A stretch of 64,000 nt of DNA from an uncultured Syntrophaceae bacterium (GCA_964619035.1 CAZUBX010000001.1:13089-77088), one strand, 5' to 3'; positions 36,913-46,733 are shown, counted from the stretch's first letter. The notes: generated from the letters alone by a model not told the origin. Translations and numbers: made by a program.

Positions 36913-38169
36913 ATGAATTACGACGTCAAGGACATCAAACTCGCGGAGCAGGGAAAATTGAGCGTGGAATGGGCCTACAAGAGCATGCCTGTTCTGGCCC
37001 TGATCCGGAAGCGTTTTGCCAAAGAGAAACCCCTCAAGGGGCTCCGGCTGGGTGCATGCCTCCATGTCACCACGGAGACGGCGAGCCTCATGGAAACCCT
37101 CAAGGTAGGTGGCGCCGAGGTGTGCCTCTGTGCATCGAACCCCCTGAGTACGCAGGATTACGTGTCCGCCTATCTGGTCAAGTACCACGACATCCCCGTC
37201 TATGCCATCAAGGGCGAGGACAGGTCAACCTATTACCAGCACATCACATCCGTGCTCGACATGAAACCGCACATGACGATGGACGACGGCGCGGATCTCG
37301 TTTCGATGATCCACTCAAAGCGCAAGGATCTCATCAAGGGCATTCTCGGGGGGACGGAAGAGACGACGACGGGCGTCATCCGGCTCCGGGCCATGGCGAA
37401 AAGCGGGGTTCTTCGGTTCCCCATCATCGCCGTCAACGACGCCCAGACAAAGTACATGTTCGACAACCGCTACGGTACGGGCCAGAGCACACTCGACGGG
37501 ATCATCCGCGCCACGAACCGGCTGGTGGCAGGCTCGGTCTTCGTCATCTGCGGTTACGGCTGGTGCTCCCGGGGGCTGGCGATGAGGGCTCACGGCATGG
37601 GGGCCAGCGTGGTCGTGACGGAGGTGGACCCGCTAAAGGCCCTTGAGGCGGTCATGGACGGATACCGCGTCATGCCCATCGCCGAGGCCGCCGAGATCGG
37701 CGACTTCTTCTGCACACTGACCGGCGATATCAACGTGATCCGCCGGGAGCATTTCGTCCGGATGAAGGACGGGGCCATCGTGTCCAACTCGGGCCACTTC
37801 AACGTGGAGTTGGATCTGGAGGGTCTCAAGGGGGTCACAAAGAAGACGAGAAAGCTCCGCGAATTTGTCGAGGAGTTCACCCTGAAGAGCGGCAGGCGGG
37901 TCTATATTCTCGGCGAGGGGCGTCTCATCAACCTGGCCGCCGCCGAGGGTCACCCCTCAAGCGTCATGGACATGAGCTTCGCCAATCAGGCCCTTTCGGC
38001 GGAATACCTGGCCAAGAACGTCAAGTCGCTGAAAAAGCAGGTTTATGCCGTTCCCCAGGATATTGACAGTGAAATCGCCCGCCTGAAACTGGCCGCGATG
38101 GGCGTCCGGATCGACACCCTGACCCCGGAGCAGGAGAAATACCTGCACTCGTGGGAGATGGGCACGTAA
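36913..38169 (+). CDS. ahcY: Adenosylhomocysteinase (short form)
   Basis: [32 protein letters not shown] fold and [10 protein letters not shown]. Confidence 0.9.
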   Translation: MNYDVKDIKLAEQGKLSVEWAYKSMPVLALIRKRFAKEKPLKGLRLGACLHVTTETASLMETLKVGGAEVCLCASNPLSTQDYVSAYLVKYHDIPVYAIKGEDRSTYYQHITSVLDMKPHMTMDDGADLVSMIHSKRKDLIKGILGGTEETTTGVIRLRAMAKSGVLRFPIIAVNDAQTKYMFDNRYGTGQSTLDGIIRATNRLVAGSVFVICGYGWCSRGLAMRAHGMGASVVVTEVDPLKALEAVMDGYRVMPIAEAAEIGDFFCTLTGDINVIRREHFVRMKDGAIVSNSGHFNVELDLEGLKGVTKKTRKLREFVEEFTLKSGRRVYILGEGRLINLAAAEGHPSSVMDMSFANQALSAEYLAKNVKSLKKQVYAVPQDIDSEIARLKLAAMGVRIDTLTPEQEKYLHSWEMGT

Positions 38170-38206
38170 CGCGCTGCGCGCGAGGCATCAGGCTACAGGC
38201 TGCAGG

Positions 38207-38255
38207 CAAAAAAGGACGGGATCGTCGAGGCAACTCGCGATCCCGTTTTCTTATT
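38207..38255. terminator. Bidirectional hairpin terminator with GCAA tetraloop
   Basis: A6 run, then ACGGGATCG(T)CGAG-gcaa-CTCGCGATCCCGT, then TTTTCTTATT. It lies between convergent ahcY and lptG. Confidence 0.8.
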
Positions 38256-38305
38256 CTCTTCCGGAAGCCCGATTCCCGAGTCCCGAATCCAACGGTCTCC
38301 GACCG

Positions 38306-39385
38306 TCAGGTGTTGACCCGCCGGAACATGACAACGGCTACCACACCCAGGATGACATTGGTCGCCCACGCTGCCACGGCGGGCGGGAGCGTGCCGGAAC
38401 GGCCCAGGGAAAGGGTGAAGGCAAAGACGATCCAGTAGGAAAACCCGATGATGACCCCGATGCCGATCCCCTGGGCAATCCCGCCGCTTCGCTCTGAGCG
38501 CATCGGGAAGACCACCCCGATCAGTGCAAGGATCAAGCTCGCGAAGACAAAAGCGATTTTCCCGTGCAAATCCGTCTCATATCGCGTTGCGTCGTAGCCC
38601 TCCTGCCGGAGCTTCTGGATGTATTTTCTCAACTCCCGGAAGCCCATCTGGTCGGCGCTTTTCTGTACGACCAGGAAATCTTCGGGCTTCTCGGCGATAT
38701 CAACGGCGAGCGTTGGCAGGCGTTCGATAACCGGGAAGTCCTTGCCGGCAAAGGTCGTCCGCAGGACATCCCTCAGTTCCCAGCGATCCCCTTTCCAGAG
38801 GGCCTCGCGCGCGTCGATCCTTGAAAGCAGGTTGAATCGGGCATCGAGGTAGCTGATCGTGACCCCCTTCAGCCGATTCTCTGCCGGAGCGAAGAGCTTG
38901 AAATTGTAGATGGCATTCTGACTCTTGTACCAGATCTGGTTCTCCTTAAAGGCCCCCCATTCCTTCTTCTTCTGGACCTCGACGTACTTGATGTATTCGG
39001 CCTGCCAGTTGGCCGCCGGGGTCACGAATTCGTTGAGCACGAAATTCAGCCCGCAGGCGAGCAGTGCGAAGGCAAGCACGGGACGGGCGATGCGGTAAAG
39101 ACTGATCCCGTTGGCCTTCATGGCGACGATCTCGTGGTTGCGCGAGAAGAGCCCGAAAGTGATGAGCGCGGCAAGCAGAACACAGGCGGGCATCATCGTG
39201 GCCACGACGGAAGGCACGGTGTAGAGGTGGTAGGAGACGATCTGGGCGAGGCTGGCGTTGTTGCTGAGGAACATCCGGATCCGCTCGAAGAAGTCGACCA
39301 CCAGATAGAGGCAAAGAAACGCCAGGAGGACGAAGAAGAATGTCAGGATGAATTCACGCGCGATGTAGCGATCGAGGACCGACAT
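38306..39385 (-). CDS. lptG: LPS export ABC permease LptG (YjgP/YjgQ family)
   Basis: LDRYIAREFILTFFFVLLAF N-terminus. Six-TM architecture with a periplasmic beta-jellyroll insert. Confidence 0.8.
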   Translation of the reverse strand: MSVLDRYIAREFILTFFFVLLAFLCLYLVVDFFERIRMFLSNNASLAQIVSYHLYTVPSVVATMMPACVLLAALITFGLFSRNHEIVAMKANGISLYRIARPVLAFALLACGLNFVLNEFVTPAANWQAEYIKYVEVQKKKEWGAFKENQIWYKSQNAIYNFKLFAPAENRLKGVTISYLDARFNLLSRIDAREALWKGDRWELRDVLRTTFAGKDFPVIERLPTLAVDIAEKPEDFLVVQKSADQMGFRELRKYIQKLRQEGYDATRYETDLHGKIAFVFASLILALIGVVFPMRSERSGGIAQGIGIGVIIGFSYWIVFAFTLSLGRSGTLPPAVAAWATNVILGVVAVVMFRRVNT

Positions 39386-39389
39386 GGCG

Positions 39390-40541
39390 TCACTGCTCCC
39401 GCTTTCCGACGGGCAGCCACTTCGGGATGATCTCGCGCTCCCTGGCCTTCATGAAGTAGACATAGAGGCCTGCCGCCATGAACAGGACATTGGGCGTCCA
39501 GACCCCGATGACGGGCGGGATGCTCCCGGTTTCTCCGAGTGCCTTCCCGTAGAGCAAAAACACGTAATACACCATGACCAGCGAAAGGCCGATGGTGAAC
39601 CCCATCATCTTTCCCGAACGGCTCGACTGGATCCCCAGCGGGATGCCGAGAATCGCGAAGATGAGGCAGGTGAAGGGGCTTGCCAGGCGCTGGTTGAGCT
39701 CGATGATCAACTCGCGCCTCGATGGGCCCTGGGGGTCGGGGTTGTCGATTTGATCCCGGAGATCCCCCAGTGTCATTTCGTCGATTTTGCTGAACTTGAC
39801 GCGCTTTTCGTCGGCGGCAGATCCCTTGAAGTCGAGACGCACGTCATAGGTGCTGAAGTCCACTTTCTTGTAGTTCTTGAACCCGGCATCGACGGTGTGG
39901 ATGCTGCCGTTCTCCAGACGCAGCGTGACCGTCATTGATTGGGGGTTCGAGACCAGCGTGCCCTTCGTGGCGATGATCGTGCTGGGTTCGTCGACCGTCG
40001 TCTCCTCGTACAGCAGCACCCCTTCCATGGAATCGCCGTTCATGGGGATCCGGTCTGCGTAGATGACGATGCCCCGGAAATCGTCGTTGAAGACCTTTTC
40101 CTTGATCCCCACGCTGGCCTTCTGCTTTACGACACGGAAGAGGAGGTTCTTGGCCTCCAGGTTGCCTTTCGGGATGAGAAAAAAGCTCGTCAGGGCCGCC
40201 AAGCAGAAGGCGATCAGGGCCGCCACCAGAACGGGGGCGGCGATCTGGTGGAGGCTCAACCCGCAGGCCTTGAGAACGGTGTACTCGTTGTCCCGCGACA
40301 GCCGGCCGATCCCGATCAGAATGGCGATGATGAGGGCGAGCGGAATCGTGAAGAGCAAAAGCGCAGGCATGAGGTAGAGGATCAGCTTCAGGATGTCCGT
40401 AAAGTCGACCCCCTTGTTGATCATGAGGTCGACGAGGCTGAGGATGCGCCCCATGATCAGCACGAAGGTAAAGACAAAGAGGGTCATGAGAAAGGGGTAG
40501 AGGACCTCTTTGAATATGTAGCGGTTCAGGATGCTGAACAT
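39390..40541 (-). CDS. lptF: LPS export ABC permease LptF (YjgP/YjgQ family)
   Basis: MFSILNRYIFKEVLYPFLMTLFVF from the ATG at 40541. Paralogous to and directly upstream of lptG. Confidence 0.8.
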   Translation of the reverse strand: MFSILNRYIFKEVLYPFLMTLFVFTFVLIMGRILSLVDLMINKGVDFTDILKLILYLMPALLLFTIPLALIIAILIGIGRLSRDNEYTVLKACGLSLHQIAAPVLVAALIAFCLAALTSFFLIPKGNLEAKNLLFRVVKQKASVGIKEKVFNDDFRGIVIYADRIPMNGDSMEGVLLYEETTVDEPSTIIATKGTLVSNPQSMTVTLRLENGSIHTVDAGFKNYKKVDFSTYDVRLDFKGSAADEKRVKFSKIDEMTLGDLRDQIDNPDPQGPSRRELIIELNQRLASPFTCLIFAILGIPLGIQSSRSGKMMGFTIGLSLVMVYYVFLLYGKALGETGSIPPVIGVWTPNVLFMAAGLYVYFMKAREREIIPKWLPVGKREQ

Positions 40542-40718
40542 GCCTTCATGCCGTCCCGGGCGATGAGCCCGACCCGGCGGGCTGGAATCCCGCGGATCGA
40601 ATCTGTTCAAGTATCAGTTTTATCTTTATTAATCCAACATAATCCTGTAAATCAACGATTACTTTTGTGCCCGTTGTGGAATCCATCTCAGGACAGCTCG
40701 TCCGGCAGGAGAAGAGCC

Positions 40719-41405
40719 ATGATTGATCTGCACATGCATTCCCTTTTCAGCGACGGGGAGCTGATCCCGTCGGAACTGGCCAGGCGTGCGGCCGTGGCGG
40801 GGTATCGCGCCATGGCCATCACGGATCATGCCGATCACTCCAATTTCGATTTCATCCTCTCGAGGGTCTCCAAGGTCTGCGGAAAGCTTTCCGCGTCCTA
40901 TGGACTCTTTGTCCTCCCGGGGATCGAGATCACCCATGTCCCGCCCCGCTGGATTTCTGTCCTGGCGAAAGAAGCGAGAAAGGCCGGGGCAAAGATCATC
41001 GTCGTGCACGGGGAAACCCTGGTGGAACCCGTCGCGGAAGGGACGAACCTCGCCGCCGTCCAGTCGGACATCGACATCCTGGCCCACCCGGGCCTCATCG
41101 ATGAAGACTCCGTGAGGCTTGCAGCCAAAGCGGGCATCTGCCTGGAGATCTCCACCCGTAAGGGGCACAGCCTCGGCAACGGTCACGTGGCGGTCCTGGC
41201 ACGCAAGCATGGCGCAGCCCTGGTAATCAACACGGACACCCATTCGCCGGGCGATCTCGTGAGCCGCGAGTTTGCCCGCCGGGTCGCACACGGCGCCGGG
41301 CTGACGGAGGCGGAGACGGCAAAAGCATTCAGGAATTCTGAGGAGATTGTTCGCAGGGTCACATCGACCCCGGCAATAACCGGCAAACCGCGGAAGAGGG
41401 GATGA
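40719..41405 (+). CDS. PHP-family metal-dependent phosphoesterase
   Basis: MIDLHMHSLFSDGE...ITDHADH...VVHGE...NTDTH are PHP His/Asp motifs. Confidence 0.75.
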   Translation: MIDLHMHSLFSDGELIPSELARRAAVAGYRAMAITDHADHSNFDFILSRVSKVCGKLSASYGLFVLPGIEITHVPPRWISVLAKEARKAGAKIIVVHGETLVEPVAEGTNLAAVQSDIDILAHPGLIDEDSVRLAAKAGICLEISTRKGHSLGNGHVAVLARKHGAALVINTDTHSPGDLVSREFARRVAHGAGLTEAETAKAFRNSEEIVRRVTSTPAITGKPRKRG

Positions 41406-42133
41406 GGGCCGTCTTTTTTTCCGATGCTCACCTCCGAGGAGCCGACGACGAGGGTTGCGCCCTGCTGCTGAGCTTTCTCCGGGATGCGTCGCGAAACCTG
41501 GACCATCTGTTTATCGTGGGCGACCTGTTCGATTTCTGGTTCTCGAAGGGCGGAGTCGTCTACCCCGGCTTTGAGCCCGTCATCGAGGAACTGGCGGCGA
41601 TTCAGGGCAGGGGCGTTCAGGTTCATCTCTTCGAGGGGAACCACGACTTCTACCTGGCCGACTATTTCACCCGGTTCCACGGCATCGAGGTCTTCCCGGA
41701 CACGGCGCAGATACGGCTGGACGGCAAAACCATCTTTATTGCCCATGGCGATCTGGTGGACGAGACGGACAGGGGCTACCGGATCCTCCGGAGGCTGCTG
41801 AGGAGCCCCGTTTTTTACGGGATCCAGAAGAGGCTGCCGCTGCCGTGGCTTTGGAGAATTGCGCTGCGGAGCTCGGAGGCGAGCAAGGAGTACCTCGCTA
41901 AACCCCAGGCGGGGCTGTCCGAAAAGATGGAGGCCTTTGCCCGGGATAAATTCGAGGAAGGGATCGACACGGTCATCCTCGGTCACTGTCACCTGCCCGT
42001 CGTAAAGACACAAGAGATCCGGGGCAGACAGCGCCACTTCATCCTGCTGGGCGACTGGCTCGTTCACCGGTCTTATGTCATCCTGGAAGATGGGCAATTC
42101 GTGCTCAGCCGCTACGACGGCAGGCCCATTTAG
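41402..42133 (+). CDS. lpxH: UDP-2,3-diacylglucosamine diphosphatase-like metallophosphoesterase
   Basis: FFSDAHL, IVGDLFDFWF, GNHDF and GHCH calcineurin-like motifs in LpxH order. 4-nt overlap with the PHP gene. Confidence 0.7.
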   Translation: MRAVFFSDAHLRGADDEGCALLLSFLRDASRNLDHLFIVGDLFDFWFSKGGVVYPGFEPVIEELAAIQGRGVQVHLFEGNHDFYLADYFTRFHGIEVFPDTAQIRLDGKTIFIAHGDLVDETDRGYRILRRLLRSPVFYGIQKRLPLPWLWRIALRSSEASKEYLAKPQAGLSEKMEAFARDKFEEGIDTVILGHCHLPVVKTQEIRGRQRHFILLGDWLVHRSYVILEDGQFVLSRYDGRPI

Positions 42134-42237
42134 TCTTCCTTTGCACCGTTCGTACACCTGCCGGGCAAAGACAATAAATATGGACAGCGGGTCCGGAATA
42201 TGTTAGCAAGTTCTCTTTGATTTTGGGGAAAACGTCT

Positions 42238-43092
42238 ATGAATTTCGGCGGGATCGATCCAGAATACGAAGCACTCGAAAAGGCGGCCTTTGTGGTCGTT
42301 CCTGTTCCCTATGATCTGACGACAACTTACCAGGGCGGGGCCCGCAAGGGGCCTTCGGCCATCCTCGAGGCCTCCTGCAATATGGAGCTCTACGACGAGG
42401 AACTCGAGGCGGAGATTTACAAAGCGGGAATCCATACCTTGGCGCCCCTGGAGGCAGTCGCAGCAGGGCCGGAAGGTATGCTTGCGCGAGTAGAGGAAGC
42501 CGTGGCGGACGTTCTCGAGACGGGAAAAATTCCCGTCATGCTGGGCGGCGAGCACAGCATCACGCTCGGGGCCGTAAGGGCAGCAAAGAAGCGTTATCCG
42601 AAGCTCTCGGTGCTCCATCTGGACGCGCATGCCGACATGCGGGCCGCCTATCAGGGGACCCCTTACAGCCATGCCTGTATCGGCAGAAGGATGAAGGAGC
42701 TCTGCCCGGTCGTGCAGGTCGGTATCCGGAGCATGAGCGTCGAGGAAGCCGCCTTTATCCGGAAGGAACGCATCCCCGTTTTCACGGCGGCGGCCATACG
42801 GAAGGACCGCTCATGGGTCGGCAAGGTCCTTCGCCACCTCTCGAGGGATGTCTACATCAGTGTAGACCTGGACGCCTTCGACCCCTCGGTGATGCCGGCA
42901 ACAGGCACTCCCGAGCCAGGGGGAATGCTGTGGCATGACGTTCTCGATGTGATCCGGGAGGTCTGTCGAAAGCGACGCATCGTCGGGTTCGACCTGGTCG
43001 AACTGGCGCCCATCCCCGGCATGGTGGCCCCGGACTTCCTGGCGGCCAGGCTTGCTTACCGAATGATGGGCTATTTGTCGAAAAAATCCTGA
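42238..43092 (+). CDS. speB: Agmatinase
   Basis: Ureohydrolase motifs GGEHSIT, HLDAHADM and SVDLDAFDPS. Confidence 0.85.
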   Translation: MNFGGIDPEYEALEKAAFVVVPVPYDLTTTYQGGARKGPSAILEASCNMELYDEELEAEIYKAGIHTLAPLEAVAAGPEGMLARVEEAVADVLETGKIPVMLGGEHSITLGAVRAAKKRYPKLSVLHLDAHADMRAAYQGTPYSHACIGRRMKELCPVVQVGIRSMSVEEAAFIRKERIPVFTAAAIRKDRSWVGKVLRHLSRDVYISVDLDAFDPSVMPATGTPEPGGMLWHDVLDVIREVCRKRRIVGFDLVELAPIPGMVAPDFLAARLAYRMMGYLSKKS

Positions 43093-43107
43093 TAAAGGAG
43101 AGGATAC

Positions 43108-43659
43108 GTGAATATCTGGGTACCCAAAAAGATCTTTTTCACCAAGGGCGTAGGGAACCACAAGGAAGAGCTGCACTCTTTCGAACTGGCCCTCCGGAAC
43201 GCGGGGATCGAGAAATTCAACCTGGTTTACGTATCGAGCATTTTCCCCCCGGGCTGCAGGATGATCTCCAAGGCGAAGGGGCTGCAGGAAAAACACCCCG
43301 GCGAGATCACCTACTGCGTCATGAGCCGCTGCTCCAGCAACGAGCCCTATCGTATGCTGGCCGCTTCCGTCGGTTGTGCCATCCCGGCCGATACGTCACA
43401 GTACGGATACATCAGCGAGCATCACGCCTACGGACAGCCTGAAAAACCGGCCGGTGACTACGCGGAGGACCTGGCCGCCGCCATGCTGGCCTCGACGCTG
43501 GGCATCGATTTCGACGTCGACAAAAGCTGGGATGAGAACAAGGAGATCTTCAAGATCAGCGGCAAGATCGTTCGGACGCGAAACGTGACCCAGTCCGCCA
43601 TCGTCCCGAGAAAGGGCGGGTGGACGACCGTCGTTGCCGCCGCGGTATTTGTCTTCTAG
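43108..43659 (+). CDS. pdaD: Pyruvoyl-dependent arginine decarboxylase
   Basis: [43 protein letters not shown] is the PdaD signature and includes the SS cleavage site. GTG start. Confidence 0.85.
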   Translation: MNIWVPKKIFFTKGVGNHKEELHSFELALRNAGIEKFNLVYVSSIFPPGCRMISKAKGLQEKHPGEITYCVMSRCSSNEPYRMLAASVGCAIPADTSQYGYISEHHAYGQPEKPAGDYAEDLAAAMLASTLGIDFDVDKSWDENKEIFKISGKIVRTRNVTQSAIVPRKGGWTTVVAAAVFVF

Positions 43660-43704
43660 CCGAGATCAAAAACCTCATCCATTGCTGGTTTTTGCAAAAA
43701 GGTC

Positions 43705-43733
43705 TTGACTTATAGGTCCTCTACGCATAATTT
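43705..43733 (+). promoter_or_regulatory. Sigma70-type promoter for initiator tRNA
   Basis: TTGACT (43705-43710), 17 nt, TAATTT (43728-43733). The tRNA starts 13 nt downstream. Confidence 0.5.
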
Positions 43734-43745
43734 AATTAGATACGA

Positions 43746-43822
<77 letters not shown>

Positions 43823-43832
43823 GAAAACAAAA

Positions 43833-43862
43833 GGGGCCGAGAGAAATCTCGGTCCCTTTTTT
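43833..43862 (+). terminator. Rho-independent terminator after tRNA-fMet
   Basis: GGGGCCGAGA-gaaa-TCTCGGTCCC followed by TTTTTT. Confidence 0.8.
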
Positions 43863-43885
43863 AATTCAGGATGGATCGGCAATGC

Positions 43886-44716
43886 TCACCGGGCTTTGTA
43901 AACCTGCATGGCCTCGGGGATCAGGGACTCGATGTTACGGATTCTGGAATCCGGGGCAGGGTGAGTGGACAGAAACTCCGGCGGGCGTGCTCCCCCTTTG
44001 GCGTTCATGCGTTGCCACAGGACAACGGCCCCTCTGGGGTCATAGCCCGCCTTGGCCATCAGGATCAACCCGATGTGGTCGGCTTCAGACTCTTGGATGC
44101 GGCTGTAGGGAAGCAGGAAGCCGACCTGGGCCCCCACTCCGTAGGCCTGCATGAAGATGTCCGAGGTGACTCCGGGATTTCCGGCCAGTGCCACGGACAG
44201 CCCGATGGCCCCGAACTGGGCAAGCAGACCCTGGCTCATCCTCTCATTGCCGTGCTTGGCGATGGCGTGGGCGACCTCGTGCCCCATGACGACGGCAAGT
44301 CCGTTCTCGTCCTGTGAGATGGGAAGCAGGCCCGTGTACACGGCCACCTTGCCTCCCGGCATGCACCAGGCGTTGACCGTCTTGTCGTCCTCGATCAGGT
44401 TGAATTCCCACTTGTAATTCCGGATATCGTCCCCATGGCCCTTTTCAAACAGCAGCTGCTCGGAGGCCGTCGCGATCCGTTGCCCTGCGCGGCGCACCAT
44501 GCTCACCTTTGCCATGTCCGTCGAGAGTTTCGACTTTTTGAGTACGTTATTATACTCTTGGTAGCTCATCGATGTGAGTTCGGAATCCGGGACAAGATGC
44601 AAACCCCTGCGTTCCGTCACGGGGACGGAGGCACAGGAAAACAGAAAGAAGGAAAGGATCAGAAGGAAGCCGAGTTGCCGGAAATGCCTGACAGGTGCGT
44701 GCGGGACGGCTTTCAT
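43886..44716 (-). CDS. M48-family metalloprotease lipoprotein (LoiP/YcaL-like)
   Basis: Lipobox LFSCAS. HEVAH zinc motif (VVMGHEVAHAIAKHGNERM). Downstream ESEADHIG. Confidence 0.85.
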   Translation of the reverse strand: MKAVPHAPVRHFRQLGFLLILSFFLFSCASVPVTERRGLHLVPDSELTSMSYQEYNNVLKKSKLSTDMAKVSMVRRAGQRIATASEQLLFEKGHGDDIRNYKWEFNLIEDDKTVNAWCMPGGKVAVYTGLLPISQDENGLAVVMGHEVAHAIAKHGNERMSQGLLAQFGAIGLSVALAGNPGVTSDIFMQAYGVGAQVGFLLPYSRIQESEADHIGLILMAKAGYDPRGAVVLWQRMNAKGGARPPEFLSTHPAPDSRIRNIESLIPEAMQVYKAR

Positions 44717-44821
44717 GAGTACACCTCCGGATCGCGCAAGAGTGCTTGAGTCTCTATCCTAATACAAAAGACAGGGAATCGGAAGCTCTAGATCGGAGGA
44801 GGAATCGAAAGGAAGGCACCC

Positions 44822-45292
44822 TCACGCGCTGCAGGGAAGGGGACTCTCCGCGCGAGGAGCATCTTGTTTCGCAGAATTGCGGAAGAATGATTGGGGGGAA
44901 CCCTCTTTTTTTTCAGCCGTCTCCGTCGAGATAAAAATCCCCTTGGCAATATGCTGACCTTTTCGTTCGATATATTTCACGGTTGCTCGGGCGCCCAGGG
45001 GAATCTCGGAGGGCTTCACGGAATCCAAGTCTATCTTGACAACGGTGCTGTCGTCAAATGTCAGGTAAACATCCTCATCCTTGAATCTCACAGTGATTGT
45101 CCTGGTCCTGGCATTGACGGCGAGGACTTCGCCGGAAAGGTGCTTGACCCGAACCGTCTTCTGCTGCTCGACAGATTTCTTTTGCGCTGTGCCGCCCGGC
45201 TTCACGGGCGCCTTTTCGGGAGACTGCACGCATGCCCCATACATCAAGACGATCGAGATGAAAGCAGCTATGAAAAGGGTTCGGATCTTCAC
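44822..45292 (-). CDS. Hypothetical lipoprotein
   Basis: The GTG at 45292 follows an AGGAGA SD. VKIRTLFIAAFISIVLMYGAC is a lipoprotein signal. Beta-rich body with no recognised family. Confidence 0.55.
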   Translation of the reverse strand: MKIRTLFIAAFISIVLMYGACVQSPEKAPVKPGGTAQKKSVEQQKTVRVKHLSGEVLAVNARTRTITVRFKDEDVYLTFDDSTVVKIDLDSVKPSEIPLGARATVKYIERKGQHIAKGIFISTETAEKKEGSPQSFFRNSAKQDAPRAESPLPCSA

Positions 45293-45459
45293 CGGCTCTC
45301 CTGATAACAAAGGTGATGCGTGGAAAACTGAAAAGGTGTTTCACTTTTTTCGGTTCGTGCGGTTTGATCGTGATCCAGCGAACGGTTAAGCTACCCGAGG
45401 GGCATCGTATCTACGATGCCCCTCCGGTCAGCCTGTCTTGATGTGATAGATCGGGTAGC

Positions 45460-45750
45460 TTACTTCTTTTCGGGTGCCTTCTTCTCTTCGGCCTTCGGAG
45501 CCGGAGCAGCTTCCTTCTTGGGGGCGTCCTTCTTGGCGTCTTTCTTGGGGGCCTTCTTCTCGGCCTTCTTCTTGTCAGCCTTCTTGGCGTCCTTCTTGGG
45601 CTCGGCCTTCTTGTCGTCAGCCTTCTTCTCGGGAGCCGGAGCAGCCTCCTTCTTCTCGGGTGCCTTTGCAGGAGCTGCCTGGGCGAAGCACAGACCCGTC
45701 GTCGCCACCGCGAAAATCATGGCAAACAGAATTGCGAGAACCTTCTTCAT
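45460..45750 (-). CDS. Secreted Lys/Ala/Pro/Glu/Asp-rich mini-protein (paralog A, 96 aa)
   Basis: GGAGGTGA SD. Signal peptide MKKVLAILFAMIFAVATTGLCFA/QAAP. The mature part consists only of K, A, P, E, D and Q (PEKK, KKDAKK, KKADKK repeats). Confidence 0.7.
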   Translation of the reverse strand: MKKVLAILFAMIFAVATTGLCFAQAAPAKAPEKKEAAPAPEKKADDKKAEPKKDAKKADKKKAEKKAPKKDAKKDAPKKEAAPAPKAEEKKAPEKK

Positions 45751-45790
45751 TTGTTTTCACCTCCTTTCTGTTGAACTTGATAGATGCTAT

Positions 45791-45806
45791 ATCAAAGAGC
45801 ATGCCA
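45791..45806 (-). promoter_or_regulatory. Sigma54-type -24/-12 promoter candidate for paralog A
   Basis: The minus strand reads TGGCAT-gctct-TTGA, against the consensus TGGCAC-N5-TTGC. The -12 element lies 42 nt upstream of the ATG. Confidence 0.5.
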
Positions 45807-46123
45807 TTCAGCGCATTAACATATTAACGTATAATTACAACATGTTACAATAAAGCTGCTTTTGCGTAGGATCCTCTATTTTTACGTTTTCCCAAGGCGG
45901 TATCCTAATTTTGGATTATCATGACATATTTAGGAGAATAACCTGTTCTCTTTCAAAGCCAAGTTACGTATTTAAATTTCGATGACAGCATCGTTACGGC
46001 TTAGCGACGGGGAATCTGATATCGGAGCTGCCTTATTATCTCAATGATTATGATAATTTGTAGAAATTCGGGCGGGAATGATCAACGCGGAAACATCTTC
46101 CGGCGAGATGGCATACAGACAAC

Positions 46124-46156
46124 AAAAAAAAAGGGATACCGGCTTACCGGTACCCC
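46124..46156 (-). terminator. Rho-independent terminator after paralog B
   Basis: The minus strand reads GGGGTACCGG-taag-CCGGTATCCC followed by T9. Confidence 0.8.
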
Positions 46157-46191
46157 TTTTCGATACTGACTTGTATAATAAAGCCAGTTGC

Positions 46192-46497
46192 TTACTTCTT
46201 TTCGGGTGCAGGAGCGGGAGCAGCAGGCTTCTTCTCGTCGGCCTTGGGAGCCTCCTTCTTCGCGTCCTTCTTGGGCTCGGCCTTCTTCTTGTCAGCCTTC
46301 TTCTTGTCGGCCTTCTTGGCGTCCTTCTTGGGCTCGGCCTTCTTCTCGGGTGCCTTTGCCTTGTCGTCAGCCTTCTTCTCGGGAGCCGGAGCAGCCTTTT
46401 CGGCCGGCTTCGCTGCCGGAGCTGCCTGGGCGAAGCACAGACCCGTCGTCGCCACCACGAAAATCATTGCAAACAGGATTGCGAGAACCTTCTTCAT
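46192..46497 (-). CDS. Secreted Lys/Ala/Pro/Glu/Asp-rich mini-protein (paralog B, 101 aa)
   Basis: GGAGGTGA SD. Signal peptide MKKVLAILFAMIFVVATTGLCFA/QAAP. The mature part has the same composition as paralog A. The first ~100 nt and the last ~18 nt are nearly identical to paralog A. Confidence 0.7.
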   Translation of the reverse strand: MKKVLAILFAMIFVVATTGLCFAQAAPAAKPAEKAAPAPEKKADDKAKAPEKKAEPKKDAKKADKKKADKKKAEPKKDAKKEAPKADEKKPAAPAPAPEKK

Positions 46498-46538
46498 TTG
46501 TTGTCACCTCCCTTTCGTTTGTTTTGAAGCAGACACTT

Positions 46539-46554
46539 TACAAGGACCGTGCCA
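46539..46554 (-). promoter_or_regulatory. Sigma54-type -24/-12 promoter candidate for paralog B
   Basis: The minus strand reads CTGGCACGGTCCTTGTA, against the consensus YTGGCACGR-N3-TTGCW (one mismatch at -12). The -12 element lies 43 nt upstream of the ATG. Confidence 0.6.
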
Positions 46555-46733
46555 GAAGTCTTCTTATACATATCTGTCATAATATCAACTAGTTGAAAAT
46601 GACGCGCGGTTTAGACTTCGAGCGGAATTTACAATTACAGGAACAACCTTACCATTTCGGGAAAGTGAAAACTAATTTAGGAAAGATGTTACATTATTTG
46701 GAAGGAGGGTTACGTTATTGAAAAACAGCAAGG

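Noticed and set aside
45416-45853. Plus-strand low-complexity ORFs over the Lys-rich mini-genes (45416-45853, 45474-45827, 46078-46527, 46188-46592, 46244-46582).
   Set aside because: They are alternative readings of the same simple repeats (Phe/Ser/Leu/Gly-rich). They lack an SD and signal-peptide logic. The minus-strand frames have strong SDs, canonical signal peptides, promoters and (for gene B) a terminator.
45480-46400. Repetitive AAGAAGGC-type DNA, considered as a possible CRISPR array or satellite.
   Set aside because: The repeats are short, degenerate and in phase with codons (Lys/Ala/Pro). There are no regular repeat-spacer units and no cas genes. It is coding low-complexity sequence.
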